64,000 bases of DNA. It comes from Octopus vulgaris. Its lineage: Eukaryota. The position numbers were made by a program, and so were the translations under genes. The DNA lies in assembly GCA_951406725.2 (NCBI GenBank), contig OX597823.1:105710001-105774000 (forward strand), given 5' to 3'. Position 1 is the first letter of the stretch, and each line of letters begins with the position of its first letter. The notes below the pieces were generated by a model, which saw only the letters and a program-made list of their open reading frames with translations, was not told where the DNA came from and searched no databases. Shown here piece after piece: positions 15,142-29,169 of this stretch.

Positions 15142-15157
15142 TGCAGTAGTAGTAGTA

Positions 15158-15368
15158 ATCCTTTCTACTATAGGTACACGGCAAGAAGTTTGAGAAGGGG
15201 AATGGATAGTCGATTTGATCAACCACAGTATTCAACTGGTACTTATTTTATCGATCCCGTAAGGATGAACGGTAAAGTCGACGCCTGCGGCATTTGAACT
15301 CTAAACGTAAGGACGGACGAAATACCGCTAAGCATTTTTCCCGGCGTGATAACGATTCTGCCAGCTCG
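15158..15368 (-). mobile_element. SINE family B
   Basis: Reverse-complement match to 48267-48658. Confidence 0.8.
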
Positions 15369-15490
15369 TTTATTATGTTGCTCTTGTTATTATTATTATT
15401 ATTATTGTTGTTGTTGTTGTTGTTGTTGTTATCATCATCATCATTATTATTATTATGTTTATTATTATTATTATTATTTTTATTATTATT

Positions 15491-16167
15491 GAGTGAGAGA
15501 GTAGTGCATGCCATCAATGTGACACAGGTAAAATATACGAAGCCCAGTATACCAATCATGACTACCCGTCTGATAAAGGTACACCAGGTACATGCATCAC
15601 AACCAAATGTGCGCGACATGGTGATCTCATATCAAGATAAACAGCGCATGACCTTGCAGGTGGGGCCCACTTAGAATTTTCTTCTGGTCGAGTTGCCCAT
15701 CCCGCTCAAAAGGTACATGAAAAAGGATTGTTTAAGGATGTTGAACAAACCACCTATGTTTCCAAAGGTGAATTATCCAAACCTCTAAGAATTCCTTTCA
15801 ACACATGGCTATGATGCTCCCCCATTGCTTCTGCTCGTGATCAGAGATGTACATATCGTCAGCCACTAAGGAACATGGTCAACTGGTTAAGATCAAACAA
15901 CTGACAAGCAAATCTGTGGTATTGAGCAGAATATTTGCTGTAGCCCATCTTTTATACCAAGACAAAAGGAGTGGCTGTGTGGTAAGTAGCTTGCTTACCA
16001 ACCACATGGTTCCGGGTTCAGTCCCACTGCGTGGCACCTTGGGCAAGTGTCTTCTACTATAGCCTCGGGCCGATTAAAGCCTTGTGAGTGGATTTGTACA
16101 TGATAACACTTCCAATCAGTTAAGATCAGGAGCCATGAGGGCCACTGTCTGGTACTGCATCAGAGCA
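15491..16167 (-). mobile_element. Family C non-autonomous (AAT)n-tailed element, full-length, interrupted by a SINE A fragment
   Basis: Reverse complement matches 20705-21227 end to end; (TTA)n on both sides. Confidence 0.9.
15967..16096 (+). mobile_element. 3'-truncated SINE family A head inserted in family C
   Basis: 15971-16096 is identical to 17501-17626. Confidence 0.9.
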
Positions 16168-16179
16168 TTATTATTGTTG

Positions 16180-16252
<73 letters not shown>

Positions 16253-16254
16253 TA

Positions 16255-16311
<57 letters not shown>

Positions 16312-16365
16312 TCATCATTATTATTGTTGTTGTTGTTGTTGTTATTGTTATTGTTATTATTATCT

Positions 16366-16463
16366 AAGGTGGTGAGCTGCCAGGACCGTTAGCACACCGG
16401 GCTAAATGCTTAGCAGTATTCCGTCTGTCTTACGTTCTGAGTTGAAATTCCGCCGAGGTCGAC
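16366..16463 (+). mobile_element. SINE family B 5' fragment
   Basis: AAGGTGGTGAGCTG...GTTCTGAGTTGAAATTCCGCCGAGGTCGAC directly after (TTA)n. Confidence 0.8.
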
Positions 16464-16464
16464 A

Positions 16465-17180
16465 GAAAATGAAAACAGGCCTGGAAGGTCGAAAGATTAA
16501 ATCTAAAAAAGAATGAAGGATACAAGTACTTAGAGGTAATACAGGAACTTCTCCAAAGAATACAATAGAAATATTACGAAAGATTACGAAAGTACCGGAA
16601 ACTAACTCAATGCAGTCAATACGAGGGCCAAGTCTCTGTTGAACCTATCTGATTTTTCCCAAGTTCACATACAGAATTACACGAATTGGATAGAACTAAG
16701 AAGCTACCCACAATGCATAGCGCACATCTTCATAAAGTAGTATCAATAGGATCCACTTATCATGTAGAGAAGGTCGCTATCATGACGAGAAGTCCGTTAA
16801 ATGTAGGATGCACCACCGGTACTGCAATATTTGGTTTCGAAAACTATGTTGTATGTAGTAAAGAAAGAATAATATCTGAAGCCGGAAATAACGCAAAAGT
16901 TACTGAAGCGATGAGAGAATGCAAAAACAAAGAAGAACGACAAGATAAATAGCTGAAAAGTGAAGGAATGGCCAATTTAGGCTACAAATGAAGGATGAAA
17001 GAAGTAAAGAATTCTGGTTGCGAAAATCTCAAATAAGAAACTGAATTGTTAAATTGTTCCGCACAGGAACAAGCTATTAAACGAACATGATAAAGACATA
17101 CAACGTAGTTTGAGAGCAAATACAGAATGAGTGGAAAAGAGGCCGAAAGTATTAGCCATCTTTTAAGTGAATGTAGTACA
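16465..17180 (+). pseudogene. Heavily degraded R4/Dong-like LINE ORF fragment
   Basis: Frameshifted motifs EGYKYLEV, ELDRTKKLPTMH, AQEQAI and YRMSGKEAESISHLLSECS (decayed CCHC), collinear with the ORF at 35942-37225. Confidence 0.7.
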
Positions 17181-17491
17181 AGGACAGGCAGGACTGTGTC
17201 GATTTATGAGTTCATTGAGGTGGTGGCTTTGTAAATTGAAAATAACAGAAAAGTAGTATAAACACGAGCTAGAGGGTGTGATACAGAATAATAATCACAG
17301 GATATTATTGTATTTTCCATGAAGACACCCCTATATACATGCTTACATACACGCATTCTTGTATATGTATATATATATATATATATCATATATAGATCTA
17401 CTCACACATATTTTAATATATATAACTGTCAATGCATGCACACACACACCCTCAAACACGCATAAAAGCTCGCACATTTGTCTTGAAAACA

Positions 17492-17656
17492 GGCGCAGGT
17501 GTGGCTGTGTGGTAAGTAGCTTGCTTACCAACCACATGGTTCCGGGTTCAGTCCCACTGCGTGGCACCTTGGGCAAGTGTCTTCTACTATAGCCTCGGGC
17601 CGATTAAAGCCTTGTGAGTGGATTTGGTAGACGGAAACTGAAAGAAGCCCGTCAAA

Positions 17657-17699
<43 letters not shown>

Positions 17700-17926
17700 G
17701 TGCGAGTATGTTTGTGTGTCTGTGTTTTTGCCCCCCTAGCATTGCTTGACAACCGATGCCGGTGTGTTTATGTCCCTGTCACTTAGCGGTTCGGCTAAAG
17801 AGACCGATAGAATAAGTACTGGACTTACAAAGAATAAGTCCCGGGGTCGAGTTGCTCGACTAAAGGCGGTATTCCAGCATGGCCGCAGTCAAATGACTGA
17901 AGCAAGTAAAAGAGTAAAAGAGTAAA
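17492..17926 (+). mobile_element. SINE family A, full-length, young
   Basis: Pol III A/B-box-like head, CORE-like ACCTTGGGCAAGTG motif, internal (TA)n, 3' module and (GTAAAAGA)n tail. Confidence 0.9.
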
Positions 17927-18114
17927 TGTATTGGAGTATCTGTCTCTAAGAACATGATATTGTACTTGCTCTCACGTGCATTTGGATATATATATCTGTT
18001 TAATTAACTAAGTAACTAACTGATTAACTATATGTATACACACATACGCACAAAAACACACATATATGTGTGCTCGTGTGTGTGTGTGAACTACGACTTT
18101 TATATGTATATATT

Positions 18115-18154
<40 letters not shown>

Positions 18155-18169
18155 TATGTATATATATGT

Positions 18170-18224
<55 letters not shown>

Positions 18225-18529
18225 CGTATATATATGTGTGTGTGTGTATATATATATAAGCATATGCATATATACAGAGAGAGAGAGAGAGAGAGAGAAA
18301 GAAGAGGGAGAAATAGTGGAAACTGATGTATATATTATTGTTTGTAATTGTTACAGTGTTTGATCATGTGCCTGTGTGTGTCTGTGTATACTCCCAAATG
18401 AGTGTATTTATAAGATAGTACGAATATACATACATACGTACATACATGCGTATATATACATATAAAGTGGTATGAAGATACATACATATATATATATATA
18501 TACATACACACATATATATATATATATAT

Positions 18530-18560
<31 letters not shown>

Positions 18561-19329
18561 CATACACATATATATGTGTGTGTTTATATCTATATAAATA
18601 TTTGTGTCTATGTTTTACTATGTTACATTGATGTATATATGTACATATACATACACATGTATATTGACACACATGCGCATACACACACTAAAATACATAC
18701 ATATGTACATATATATGTATGTGTGTGTGTGTGTATATATATACACGGGATATTCTATGGCTAATTAATTAAAGACATAATGTTTAAATCTTAACAATCT
18801 AGCGTCTGGTCTTTGGGTTTAATGTCCGACTTTTAAATTTAATAGTTCAAACATTAGCTTTAATGTTTGATCTCCAAGTTTAATTTTCGACATTTGACCA
18901 TAAGATTTAATGTTTGGCCTTCTCATTCTTCAGGAATTCGATGCTATAATTTTATTACTTTTTAGGCTTCATCATTTTGCTTATCTCAGACAACTTTCAG
19001 CTATTTTAAATAAGTTAACATCAAAAATAATTACAAAAAGAAAAAAATCCCAATTACGAACAATAATGAACCTATTATTGTCAGATATTTCTCAATTTAT
19101 CGTTTAAATACTAACGCGTGGACCCGACTGTCTATAAGATTTCATTGGATGTCATAGCGATGAGTAAGTAAGTTAAATACTGATTTACTGAATGCTGTAA
19201 ACAAACACTGAAATGACTCTTCGATGAAGAAAAAAAAATTACAAACAACAATTATTAACGACTCTTAAAGCAAAGGGAGATAATCTCAAGAAACTTGTCA
19301 ACTAGACCTCATCATGCAGCATAATGTAC

Positions 19330-19500
19330 CGAGGATAAACTCCTGGTTGACAAAACTGTGCTTAGAGACTGCAAGAAGAGGAAAGCTAACTTAGTCATGT
19401 CAGGGATAGATTATCGTAAGGCGTACGATATGATCCCATATTCTTGGATTATGGAATGTATGAACCTATTTGGTATTGCATCGAATGTTGAGCGATTGCT
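19330..19500 (+). pseudogene. Reverse transcriptase fragment of an R4/Dong-like LINE
   Basis: DKLLVDKTVLRDCKKRKANLVMSGIDYRKAYDMIPYSWIMECM contains the non-LTR RT D-x-x-KA(Y/F)D motif. Confidence 0.8.
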
Positions 19501-19582
19501 TATCAGAAGGGTAGTCATGATGGGTATCCTGGGGTTCGTATAGTTTAACCTGGTGTCACTTTGATGGCATGCACTCTCACTC
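19499..19582 (+). mobile_element. Family C, 5'-truncated, (AAT)n tail
   Basis: Matches the last ~85 nt of family C, ending CTCACTC-(AAT)n. Confidence 0.85.
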
Positions 19583-19641
<59 letters not shown>

Positions 19642-19659
19642 CAACAACAACTATAATAA

Positions 19660-20593
19660 TTGCCTCAACAACAACAAGAAAGGAAAATCTTAGAGAAAGA
19701 AAGAAAATCGTAAAGAACACACACACACATACAAAAAAACAGCATCGAAGAAGAAAATATGCACGGTCAGTTTGCAAGAGATGCGAACGCCAAGACAGAT
19801 ACAGAAGGCCGGTGGCCATGGATGAGGAAGAGTGACCTGAAGATAGAGACAGAAGCATTTATATACGCAGCATAAAAGCAAGCGTTAAGGACTAACTCTG
19901 AATTAAAGAATCGACAAGTTTAGCGAGAGCAACATATACAGAATGTGTTGTGAGAGGGGTGAAACATTATGGCACCTCGTTAGCGAATGCTCGAAATTGG
20001 CACAATGTGAATACAAAAGACGACATGATAATATGGCAAGAAATGTGCATTTGGAGCTCTTTAGAAATCACGGTCTACAAAGTGTAAAGACGTGGTGTGA
20101 GCAAACCCCAGAAGGAGTCACCGAGATTGAAGTTTGCAAAATCCTGTGGGATGCAATGATTCAGTGCGATCACCTGACCAGACATCGGAAACTGAACATT
20201 TTTGTGGTAGATAAAAAAAGAAAACATGCATGATAATCAATATAGAATGTCCCGTGGACAATAGGACCAAAGCGAAAGAAGAAAAACTGAACAACCACGG
20301 CGATTTGAAGTGGGAAATACGAATGTTGTGAAAAATGAGAGGAGTAGAAGTGATACCAATAGTATCTGGCGCACTTGGAAGCATCATTACTCAACTACCA
20401 ACTTCACTCAAAAAGTCTGTTACATATGTAAGCATAGAACACCTACAAAAATCAGTATTGCTCGGAACTGCAAGAATTCTTCGCAGAGTTCTGGAAGCAT
20501 AACCAATAAACAAATATCACCTTAGCCTGCTGGCTGTTGACAGCTGATGCTTTCTATCATACCCAGCAATATAAGCTGTGAGTTTCCACATAT
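19660..20593 (+). mobile_element. 3' part of an R4/Dong-like LINE (inactivated) with (TAG)n/(TAA)n tail
   Basis: MHGQF...ETEAFIYAA*KQALRTN, CCHC-like RMCCERGETLWHLVSEC, RHD, ILWD, VIPIVSGALG and LQKSVLLGTARILRRVLEA* (stop ~20501), with stops and frameshifts. Confidence 0.85.
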
Positions 20594-20595
20594 GA

Positions 20596-20701
<106 letters not shown>

Positions 20702-20704
20702 TTA

Positions 20705-21227
20705 TGCTCTGATGCAGTACCAGACAGTGGCTCTCATGGCTTCTAATCTTAACTGATTGGAAGTGTTATTATGTACATTGTTTTGTCTTGGTATAAAAGA
20801 TGGGCGACAGCAAATATTCTGCTCAATACCACAGATTTGCTTGTCAGTTGGTTGACTTTAACCAGTTGAGCATGTCCCTTAGCGGCTGATGATATGTGCA
20901 TCTCTGATCACGAGCAGAAGTAGTGGGGGTGCATCATAGCCATGTGTTGAGAGGAATTCCTTGGGGTTCGTATAATTCACCCTTGGAAACACAGGTGTTT
21001 CGTTCATCGTCCTTAAACAAACCTTATTCATGTACCATTTGAGCGGGATGGGTTACCTGCAAGGTTATGCGTTATTTAAATTGATATGAGATCACTATGT
21101 CGTGTACATGTGGTTGTGTTGCATGTGCCTGGTGTACACTTATCAGAGGGGTAGTCATGATGGGTATACTGGGCTTTGTATATTTTACCCCAGTGTCACA
21201 TTAATGGCATGCACTGCTCCCTCACTC
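20705..21227 (+). mobile_element. Family C, full-length (small internal deletion)
   Basis: Starts TGCTCTGATGCAGTACCAG, the same 5' end as the copy ending at 16167. Ends CTCACTC-(AAT)n and is preceded by (TAA)n. Confidence 0.9.
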
Positions 21228-21228
21228 A

Positions 21229-21263
<35 letters not shown>

Positions 21264-21267
21264 AATA

Positions 21268-21336
<69 letters not shown>

Positions 21337-21338
<2 letters not shown>

Positions 21339-21761
21339 CCTTTCTACAAAGGCATGAGGCCTGAGATTTGGGCGGGGATCGGGATATCGAGTTGATCACA
21401 TCGACCCCTGTGCTTTACTGGTACCTAATCTATCAACCTCCTCGGCAGAATTTGAACATAAAGACGGACGAAATACCGCTGAGCATTTTGCGCGATTTGC
21501 TAACGATTCTGCCAACTCACCGCCATACAGTAATAATAATAATAATAATGATAATGATTTCAAATTTTGGCAGGAGGCTAAAAACTTTAGGGGAGCGGGT
21601 AAGACGATTACATCAGTGTTCAATTGCTAATTGTTTTATCAACACCGAAAGGTTGAAAAGTAAAGTCGGCTTCGACGGGATTTGAACTGAAAACGTAAGA
21701 AGGAACGAAATATTGCTAAGCATTTTAGCCAACATGCTAATAGTTCTGGCAGCTCGCAGCC

Positions 21762-21763
<2 letters not shown>
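21337..21763 (-). mobile_element. Two SINE family B copies (21337-21524, 21556-21763) within (TAA)n
   Basis: Reverse-complement head and body motifs; separated and flanked by (TAA)n. Confidence 0.8.
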
Positions 21764-21821
<58 letters not shown>

Positions 21822-22296
21822 TTAGTAATAAATAATAGTTTCTGTATTGGCCACAAGGACCTAAAAATAATCACAGATCTCATTCCTGATAATGAACTAC
21901 GGGGGATGCTGGGAAAATATTTTGTATAGATTGTCCATGTCTGTGGAATCTATTTAAACGCCTCCAATGAACACAAATAATTCAACTGGCTTTTAATGGA
22001 AATGTCGGTAGTTATTTGATAAATACTACCTATCGAACTAATGTATAATTATGATTTCTTTGAATAGCTCGATATAATGATGTTATGTGTCAGATATATG
22101 TATGAATGTGCATATCTATATATGTATATATATATATATATATACATACGTCTCTCTCTCTCTCTCTCTCGCTCTCTCTCTATATAAACATATACATACA
22201 CGCACATACACACACACCCATATATATAGACATGTACATACACGCACATATATATACATATACATATATATATATATATAAATCTATATATCTATG

Positions 22297-22365
<69 letters not shown>

Positions 22366-22729
22366 TTATATGTATATGCACGCGAGCGTGTGTTTGTGTA
22401 TGTTGATGTAAGTATTTATGATTGGGCATATCTCTACGTTTTCATGAAAGTTTATGTGCACATATATACGTAAGTGTGCTTCTGTGTGTGTATTATGAGT
22501 GTGCATATAGTTGACTTTATATATATGACTAATTTAGTATTTTGGCATTGCATTATATATAATTAGTTTGCATTAATCTAACAGTCATACAACACATGAC
22601 CTACACAGACACAAGCACATATGTGTATGTAGGTATGTACGCGTATTTGCATGCATATATATACATGTATGTATGCATATATATATATATATATATGTAT
22701 ATACATATATATAAATATATATGCAAATA

Positions 22730-22779
<50 letters not shown>

Positions 22780-23518
22780 GATTTCTACATACATGTATAT
22801 GCATACATATATATATATATATATATACACGCACACGTGCGTGCGATAGGTGTGCGCGTGTGTAAAACTGTATTGGATATTTTCATGCATTGACACATGT
22901 ACAGACTCATATAAACATGCAGTAAAAATTTGCAATTATTATACACACGCCCAAATATGTATGTATACTCGTGTCTCCTTGTATATGAGTATATGCGTGT
23001 GCGTGTGTTGAGATGTGCGTGCATATAAATATAGTTGAATCTACGTTTCAACATTTTATTATATTTGCATCGAGTCGAATCTCATCATACAAGGTTATCA
23101 ATCTCCGTTTATCGATGCGTTTGTGTGCATTTGTGTAGAAATTATATATTTAACATATATATTTAATACGTCAATACAGCCATATAATAAAGTGACTACA
23201 TAAACCATGAAAACGAGGCTCTAAATTTTAATGATGGATGTTGACTCGGCTTGATAACTTAGCGGCTGTTTGTGGAACAATTGAGAGAAGTGGACAAAAT
23301 GGCAGCTAGCTAGTCTCCATAACACTCTGTAGCCTTAGTGGTCATTGGGTTGCAATACATGGCTAGAGAGACAAAAGAGAGAAAAATACATTTTTCACTT
23401 TTTTCTTTCTTTTTAAAATGTCCGTTGGAGTAAGCTGGACTGAGACCGTTTTCTCACGCCTTCAATACAATACATACATACATACATACATACATACATA
23501 CATACATACATACATACA

Positions 23519-23554
<36 letters not shown>

Positions 23555-23556
23555 TG

Positions 23557-23588
<32 letters not shown>

Positions 23589-23594
23589 TGTATG

Positions 23595-23630
<36 letters not shown>

Positions 23631-23667
23631 CACATATACAGACAAATATATATATATATATATATAT

Positions 23668-23716
<49 letters not shown>

Positions 23717-24718
23717 CGCTGATACATACATATAGGCACATACACACACACACACACATTTAAATATATATACGTGCCCGTTGGCATGTATGCATGTATG
23801 TACGTATATATATATGGGTGTGTATGCATGTGTGAGTACATGTGTGAGTGTGTCTATATATATGTGTGTATATGTGTGTGTGTTTGTTTGTGCGGGTGTG
23901 TGCTGTGTGTATGTGTGTATGTATGTATAGACGCACACACACTGACTAGTGTGCCCAATTAATACTTAGATCACGTCCTTTTGAACGAATATTAGATTGT
24001 GAAATATATCAAAAGAGAGCTTCAAATTGTCTCGTAGCGCTTCAAATTCGATGACCAATGCTGACCGAAATCTGTTTAACCTAGGTCTTGCAATGACGTC
24101 AACGCTGGATTTTCTTTCATACTAGTAGCGATAATATTTCCGACAAAATTGCTTTGAATCTAGAATTAATGAATACTACTCCCCTCTCCAACTCTAGTCC
24201 CATTCTTCACCATTTCTACTCTGTCATTTCTTCCAATTTTCTAATCTTCTTTATCCTTTCTACTTTCTCTTTCGATTTCTCCGTCCATTTCCTCCGTCTA
24301 CTACCCACTCTTTCTGTCTTTAATATAACTCATACTTCCATACTTTCTCATTCCTTTACCCTCATCCTATTTATACTTTCCCACTCGTTTTAAATTTCTA
24401 ATCTCCATTGCTATCAATCTCTCACAATCTGTTTCAATTCTGTCCACTCTGCATTGCTGTTTTTTTTTCATCTTCACGCCTCTCCCTCTCCACCACTATT
24501 TTTTTCTCTCTTTCTCTCCTCCTTCTTTAGCCAATTTCTTTTTTTGTTTTCGCTTTTATTTTTCTTGCCTTCTTGTGCGTGTGAATGTATGAGTGTGCAC
24601 GAGTGCGTGTGTGATTGTATCTGTATGTATTGTGCATGGGAGTTCATAAGTGTATGTTCGTGTGTATATGCATGTGTGCATAAGTGTAGGTGTTTACGCA
24701 GGTGAGTATGTATATATG

Positions 24719-24833
<115 letters not shown>

Positions 24834-24901
24834 CATATATATATGTATATATATATGTATATATATATATGTATATATATATGTATATATACATGTATAT
24901 A

Positions 24902-24950
<49 letters not shown>

Positions 24951-25298
24951 ACGTGTATGTTTGTGTGTGTGTGCGCGTGTGTATGCGCGTGCGTATTGCT
25001 CTCTCAGGCCACAAATTTCCAATATTCTAATCTTCGTAGTTATCAATTTCTCAGTTCACCTCAATCATACTCACTCACCTGCAATCACACACGCAGGCAC
25101 ATGGGCGTGAACACACACGTACGGACACGCACAGTACTCTCTCTCTCTCACACACACACGCACATATTCACACACACACAAACAGACACATACACACTTC
25201 CTTAATATTATATATATTTCTTTCTTTTTCTCCTTTCCTTCTCGTTCTTTCTTTCTATGTGTATATATACATATATATATGCATGTGTATGTCTCTCT

Positions 25299-25365
<67 letters not shown>

Positions 25366-25397
25366 AACATACACATATACACGTATATATTACATAT

Positions 25398-25490
<93 letters not shown>

Positions 25491-25629
25491 GGGGGGAGGG
25501 AAATAGATAGATAGATAGATACACGTATGTAGGTATAGTGGCTGTTTTCCCTTTGCTCTCTCTGCTGTTATCTCCCTTGTCCTTTCAACCTCTCTCTCAG
25601 ATTTGCGTAACATATACTTCACTTTCACC

Positions 25630-25756
25630 AATAAGACATTAACATTAGTATCATTAATACCACCACTCTCACTACCACCAGTACTACCATCAACACTTCA
25701 TGTACCATCATCAATATCATCAATATCATCAGTACTACAAGCATTGGCGTTGTTAT

Positions 25757-25790
<34 letters not shown>

Positions 25791-25887
25791 GCCACAACCA
25801 CCAGCACCAGCACCAGCATCACCACTACTACTACTACTACTACTGCCACAACCACCAGCACCAGCACCAGCACCAGCACCACCACCG

Positions 25888-25933
<46 letters not shown>

Positions 25934-26620
25934 AACCATTAAGACCTCTAACATTCCTAGGACTACCATTGCAACTACAATTAGCAGCACTAGCACCATA
26001 GCACTGCCAGTAACACCAGTAGTACTACCCGCCATACCACCACTGCCTATACCATTTAAAGAACCATTAATACCACTGCAAACATCACTATGGTTAGCAA
26101 TATAGTTAGCACCGTTAACCTCACTAATACTGTCATCCAACACCAGAAATGCTACCATCAATACCACCAGAGCTATTTGTACTACAACCAGTACCTATAC
26201 CACTAATACTAATAATATGGGATCCAATACCACAGCTACCATTTGCACCGCTAACACTATCACTACTACCAAAAATACCTGCACCAATACCACAAAGACT
26301 ACCAGCCATACCATGGTCACTACTAGCACTGGAAGTATTACCATTCCTTCTGGTAATACCTTTAGCTCTACCAACTACTCCACCAACAACTAACGCCACG
26401 TGTATTGTCACCACTACCACCGTTAAGGTGCCTAGCACTACCACCAACACTAACACAACTACCACTTCCACTTTAGCCAAAACCAACCACCACAACAATC
26501 AAAAACCACCAAACACACCGCCACCACCACCACCACCATCACCACCACCACCACCACCACCACCACCACCGCCACCACCACTACCACTACCACCAAGACC
26601 ACCACTACTACCATCATCAC
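25630..26620. repeat. Degenerate (ACT/ACC/CAG)n trinucleotide tract
   Basis: Mosaic of CTA, CCA and CCAGCA units. Confidence 0.9.
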
Positions 26621-27681
26621 ATCCTTCAAGCTTTATCATCCAAGAGAGAGACGGGAATGTCACGGTTGGAACATCTTTGATTATAGGCCTAATCAATCAG
26701 AACTGTCCGGGAGCAACAGAAAAACTTCTCAATCTAATTCTCGTTTCTCACCTTTCACCCTCAACCTTCTCTCTCTCTCTCTCTCTCTCTCTCCCATCTC
26801 TCTTTCTCTCCCCTCTCTCTTTCTCTCCTCCTCTCTCTTTCTCTCCTCCTCTCTCTTTCTCTCCCCTCTCTCTCTCCCCCTCACTCTTTCTCTCCCCCTC
26901 AATTTCTCTCATTCTCTCTCTTTCTCTCCTCTCTCTCTTTCTCTCCCTCTCCCTCTCTTTCAGTTACTCTATCAATCTCTGTTTGTCCTCACACTACTCC
27001 TCGCTACTCAAATATTTGTTTCTATATGTTCTTTCGTCAGATGACTCTCTGTCTCTCTCTTTCTTTCTTTTATTCTCCTCCCTCTCTTTCTATTCCATCC
27101 TTTTCTCCCTCCACTATCTTCTTTCGTCTTTGTTTTCTCTTTTTTTCCCCCAATGTCCACCAATCTTGTCATCAAATTTCTCTGTCCATCAGATTTCTTT
27201 TTCTTTCCCTCCTCCACTACACTTGTTGTTGTTGCTGCTGCTGCTGCTGTTATTGTTCTTCTTCATTTCACGACCCCTTATATACACACACAGAAGCTCG
27301 CTGTTTCATGTCTGCCTGCTTGCCTCTCTCTGTATATATGCACGTACGTATGTGTGTGTGCATGTATGTATGTATATCTATACATAAATATACATATATA
27401 GATATAAATACACACACGCGTACATATATATATACATATATATATATATTGTATATACATACATATACACACACACACATATATATATACGTACATATAT
27501 ATATACACACACACATATATACATATATATATATACACATGTATAAGTACTTAGATGCATGTATGTGTTATGATTATATATATGAGTGTATTTGTATACG
27601 TGTACATATACATACACTCACATACATGTATGTGTGCGTGTGCGTATGTATGTATATATATGCACATATGTGCACATACAA

Positions 27682-27805
<124 letters not shown>

Positions 27806-27976
27806 TATATACATATAAACACATATATTTCTTCTAATGCTCTTCCAATCAAATCTACGTGACAATTTTTCTCGTGTCACATCTATCTTCTTTAAGCCTT
27901 CTCTCTTCCCTCCCCTCCTCTTCTCCTTCCCCACTCGCTCTCAATCTGACTGTTTCTCCTTCTTCTTATCATTCAT

Positions 27977-28019
<43 letters not shown>

Positions 28020-28474
28020 CTTTAATTCCCACAATCCATCCATTCGTCCACCTACCCCTGCCATCTTATTTTCTCCATCTTTTATGCTTATTATATTTTT
28101 CCAGGTTATACTTCGTTGGTCATCGTTTTTGCCATCAGAAACATTCACGCCGCCGCCATTATTATCATTGTTACTGTTGCTATTGTCGTTCATGTATTGA
28201 TATTGTTGCAGTTTTTCTTCTTCTTGTTGATAGTTACTGTAGTATTAGTAGTGGTAATAGCAGGTCAGTTTATGTAGGAGATGGTGGTGGTGGTGGTGGT
28301 GGTACTTTAGTCGTTGTAGTTGTAGTCGTATTAAGAGGTGTAGCAATCTGTTTTATCAGACACACTCACTCACTCACACACACGTTCCCATAAAGTTACA
28401 CCTATAAATATTTACGTGCATGTGTGTCTTTGTGCGTGTATGTGTAGCAGAATGTAGAATTATATATACATGCC

Positions 28475-28534
<60 letters not shown>

Positions 28535-28536
28535 CA

Positions 28537-28575
<39 letters not shown>

Positions 28576-28684
28576 TATATACATATATACATATATATAT
28601 ATGCATATATATATATATATATATATACATACATACATACATACATATATACATATGTATACATATATATACATATATATACAT

Positions 28685-28719
<35 letters not shown>

Positions 28720-28726
28720 ACAATTT

Positions 28727-29020
28727 GAAGGTGCATGGATCAGTGATTAGAGCGTCGGGCTTTCAATCTTAAGGTTGGGAGTTCGATACCCGGACCTGGC
28801 TGTGTGTTGTGTTCTCGACACCTTATTTCGTGTTGCTCCAGTTCACTCAACTGTAGAACTGAGTTACGAATTCATTGATGCCAGACTGTATTGGTAGGGT
28901 GCTACGCATGAGTGACTACTGCTCTTTCACAAACAAGCTTGTCCGGACTTGTGCCTCGAAAGGGAACTTTCTCGGGGCAATTGCATGGTCATTCGTAACC
29001 GAAAAGGGTCTTTACTCTTA
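28727..29020 (+). mobile_element. tRNA-derived SINE, family D
   Basis: A-box-like TGGATCAGTGA and B-box GAGTTCGATACC, then GTTGTGTTCT...GTTGCTCCAGTTCACTCA. A reverse-complement fragment of the same body lies at ~30469-30522. Confidence 0.75.
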
Positions 29021-29109
29021 GTATAACGATATCAGCAAGACTATCGGATGTTTTATACATCACTAGCCACAATATGCTTCTTGTGTTAGCTTACGAGTGA
29101 TGCCACAGT

Positions 29110-29169
29110 GCCGGCCATGTAAGCAGGCCGACCATGTAAGCAAGCCGGCCATGTAAGCAGGCCGACCAT
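29110..29169. repeat. 17-bp minisatellite, 3.5 copies
   Basis: GCCGGCCATGTAAGCAG / GCCGACCATGTAAGCAA / GCCGGCCATGTAAGCAG / GCCGACCAT. Confidence 0.95.

Noticed and set aside
23170-23470. Possible mariner-type MITE remnant
   Set aside because: Only one weak TIR-like end; no matching partner or TSD found.
26149-27387. Longest ORF in the track (412 aa, Pro/Thr/Ser/Leu-rich)
   Set aside because: Runs through CCA, CT and TA/TG simple repeats; composition is explained by the repeats and there is no recognisable domain.
29110-29169. CRISPR-like array
   Set aside because: Units are contiguous with no spacers; eukaryotic context and no cas genes.
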